From NCBI GenBank assembly GCA_030390025.1, contig JASTWF010000033.1, positions 2,792,001 through 2,856,000 of the forward strand: 64,000 nucleotides of DNA, read 5' to 3'. The position numbers and the translations under genes are program-made. The notes beneath the pieces were generated by a model, which saw nothing but the letters and a program-made list of their open reading frames with translations, ran no database searches and had not been told where the DNA came from. Shown piece after piece: positions 62,818-64,000 of the stretch (positions are counted from its first letter, which is position 1; every line of letters begins with the position of its first letter). Source of the stretch: Squalus acanthias. Lineage: Eukaryota.

Positions 62818-63045
62818 TTATGCTGGTTCCTCGATAATAATCATTTGGATTCCCTCCTCCTGCTCGACCGGTTGGAGTCGCTGGGATCGTTCCCATACAT
62901 GCTTCACGATGCATCCCATAGTGTATCCCATTATGACAATGCATATTGTCCATACCATCGACCGTACTAGCGCCCATTCCCATTCTTTGAATTTTCTAAC
63001 GTATTCTTCACTTCCCACAAAAGGTACATGCTCTCTTGTAGCCAT
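62818..63045 (-). CDS. Putative ERV accessory ORF, 75 aa, one hydrophobic segment
   Basis: ATG 2 nt after the pol stop in strong Kozak context (AAAATGG); preceded by ccttcgccAG; intact while neighbours are broken. Confidence 0.5.
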   Translation of the reverse strand: MATREHVPFVGSEEYVRKFKEWEWALVRSMVWTICIVIMGYTMGCIVKHVWERSQRLQPVEQEEGIQMIIIEEPA

Positions 63046-63047
63046 TT

Positions 63048-64000
63048 TTAAGCTGGCGAAGGGTCATAGACTTTTAGCTGTGTCCAGTGATTCCATCGTC
63101 CCATGCCCTTCATATCAATGCAAGCACACGTATCTCCACTAATTAGAATCTGATATGGTCCTGACCATTTTGGGGTAAACCCGGGTTTTCCTGGTAAACC
63201 TTTAACCTTTACCTTATTCCCGGCTGGAGGGATATATGGGAAAGCGATCGATTCTAAATCCTTATCCTTTTCTTCCTGTCTGTCCCGCGTTTGCTGCCTC
63301 ATTTCCTTTAATTGACTGCTTAATTCGAGGACATACCTTCGGAGCTTATCCTTTACAGGACCCACATCCTCTCCTCCTGTTATTATGCAATGGGGGAGTT
63401 GCATTGCCCTCCCCGTCATTAGCTCATATGGTGATAAGCCCGTTGTTCGGTTTGGGGTGGCTCTTAGTTTCATTAAGACTTGTAGTAACACATCAACCCA
63501 CTGTTGATGTTTGTCCCCTGAAGCCTTGGCTCAGGCTGTTTTCAAGGTTCGGTTCATTCGTTCCACCATTCCAGAACTTTGGGGATGGTACGGAATGTGG
63601 AATTTCTGTTTTATGCCCATCCACTTGCATACATTCTTCACTACTGCTCCCGTAAAGTGAGTTCCCTGATCTGAGTCAATTTGGATCGGTATTCCCCACC
63701 TGGGAATTATTTTCTCCGCCATTATTCGTGCCACGGTGGTGGCAGTACAGTACAGGGAATGCCTCAACCGACCTAGTAAACTGATCTATTATTACCAGGC
63801 AATACCTCTTACCCCTTGACCTGGGGAGGGGTCCGGTGAAGTCTATTTGTATATTTTCCCATGGGCCGCTCGGCCGTGGTTGGTGGGCCATCCGTATCTT
63901 AACGAGTCATCCTGGGTTGTGCTGGGCACACGCGATACACCGCTGGCAATGTTTTTCCACCTCTCTTCCTAACCCAGGCCACCGCCATTCTTTACTTATT
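63048..64000 (-). pseudogene. pol: ERV pol, integrase domain (frameshifted), continuing beyond the window
   Basis: WENIQIDF, IDQFTRSVEAFP, IDSDQGTHF, YHPQSSGMVERMNRTLK, KWSGPY motifs. Confidence 0.95.

Noticed and set aside
62723..62983. 86-aa ORF overlapping the ERV accessory ORF
   Set aside because: No recognisable features and it spans the env splice acceptor; the 62818-63045 frame has better start and acceptor support, though this one is not formally excluded

Overview
Eukaryotic, repeat-rich DNA, almost certainly from a cartilaginous fish: it carries HE1-like V-SINE, SacSINE1-like DeuSINE, many CR1/HER1-type LINEs and a GPR139-like receptor. From left to right: a CR1 remnant and minisatellites; a probable two-exon GPR139-like GPCR (6302-6350 + 8322-9223); a C2H2 zinc-finger pseudogene; a ~43 kb decaying RNA-polymerase-III gene array (15.8-58.6 kb); and the 3' half of an endogenous retrovirus on the minus strand. 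The Pol III array holds about 30 tRNA copies or fragments, none matching the canonical vertebrate sequences as I recall them. Much of it comes from tandem duplication of a Lys-vaultRNA-Glu-Leu-Val-Trp cassette, later interrupted by nested retroelements. Highlights: (1) two vault RNA genes inside the tRNA cassette, one apparently intact; (2) two tRNA-Pro copies (TGG, CGG) with 16-17 nt inserts at the canonical intron position; (3) short Penelope-like hairpin insertions with minimal hammerhead ribozymes, covarying stems and 13-bp target duplications; (4) an ERV with an intact small transmembrane ORF between pol and env, preceded by its own candidate splice acceptor. All family assignments are by eye and memory, with no database searches, and boundaries of degraded repeats are approximate.
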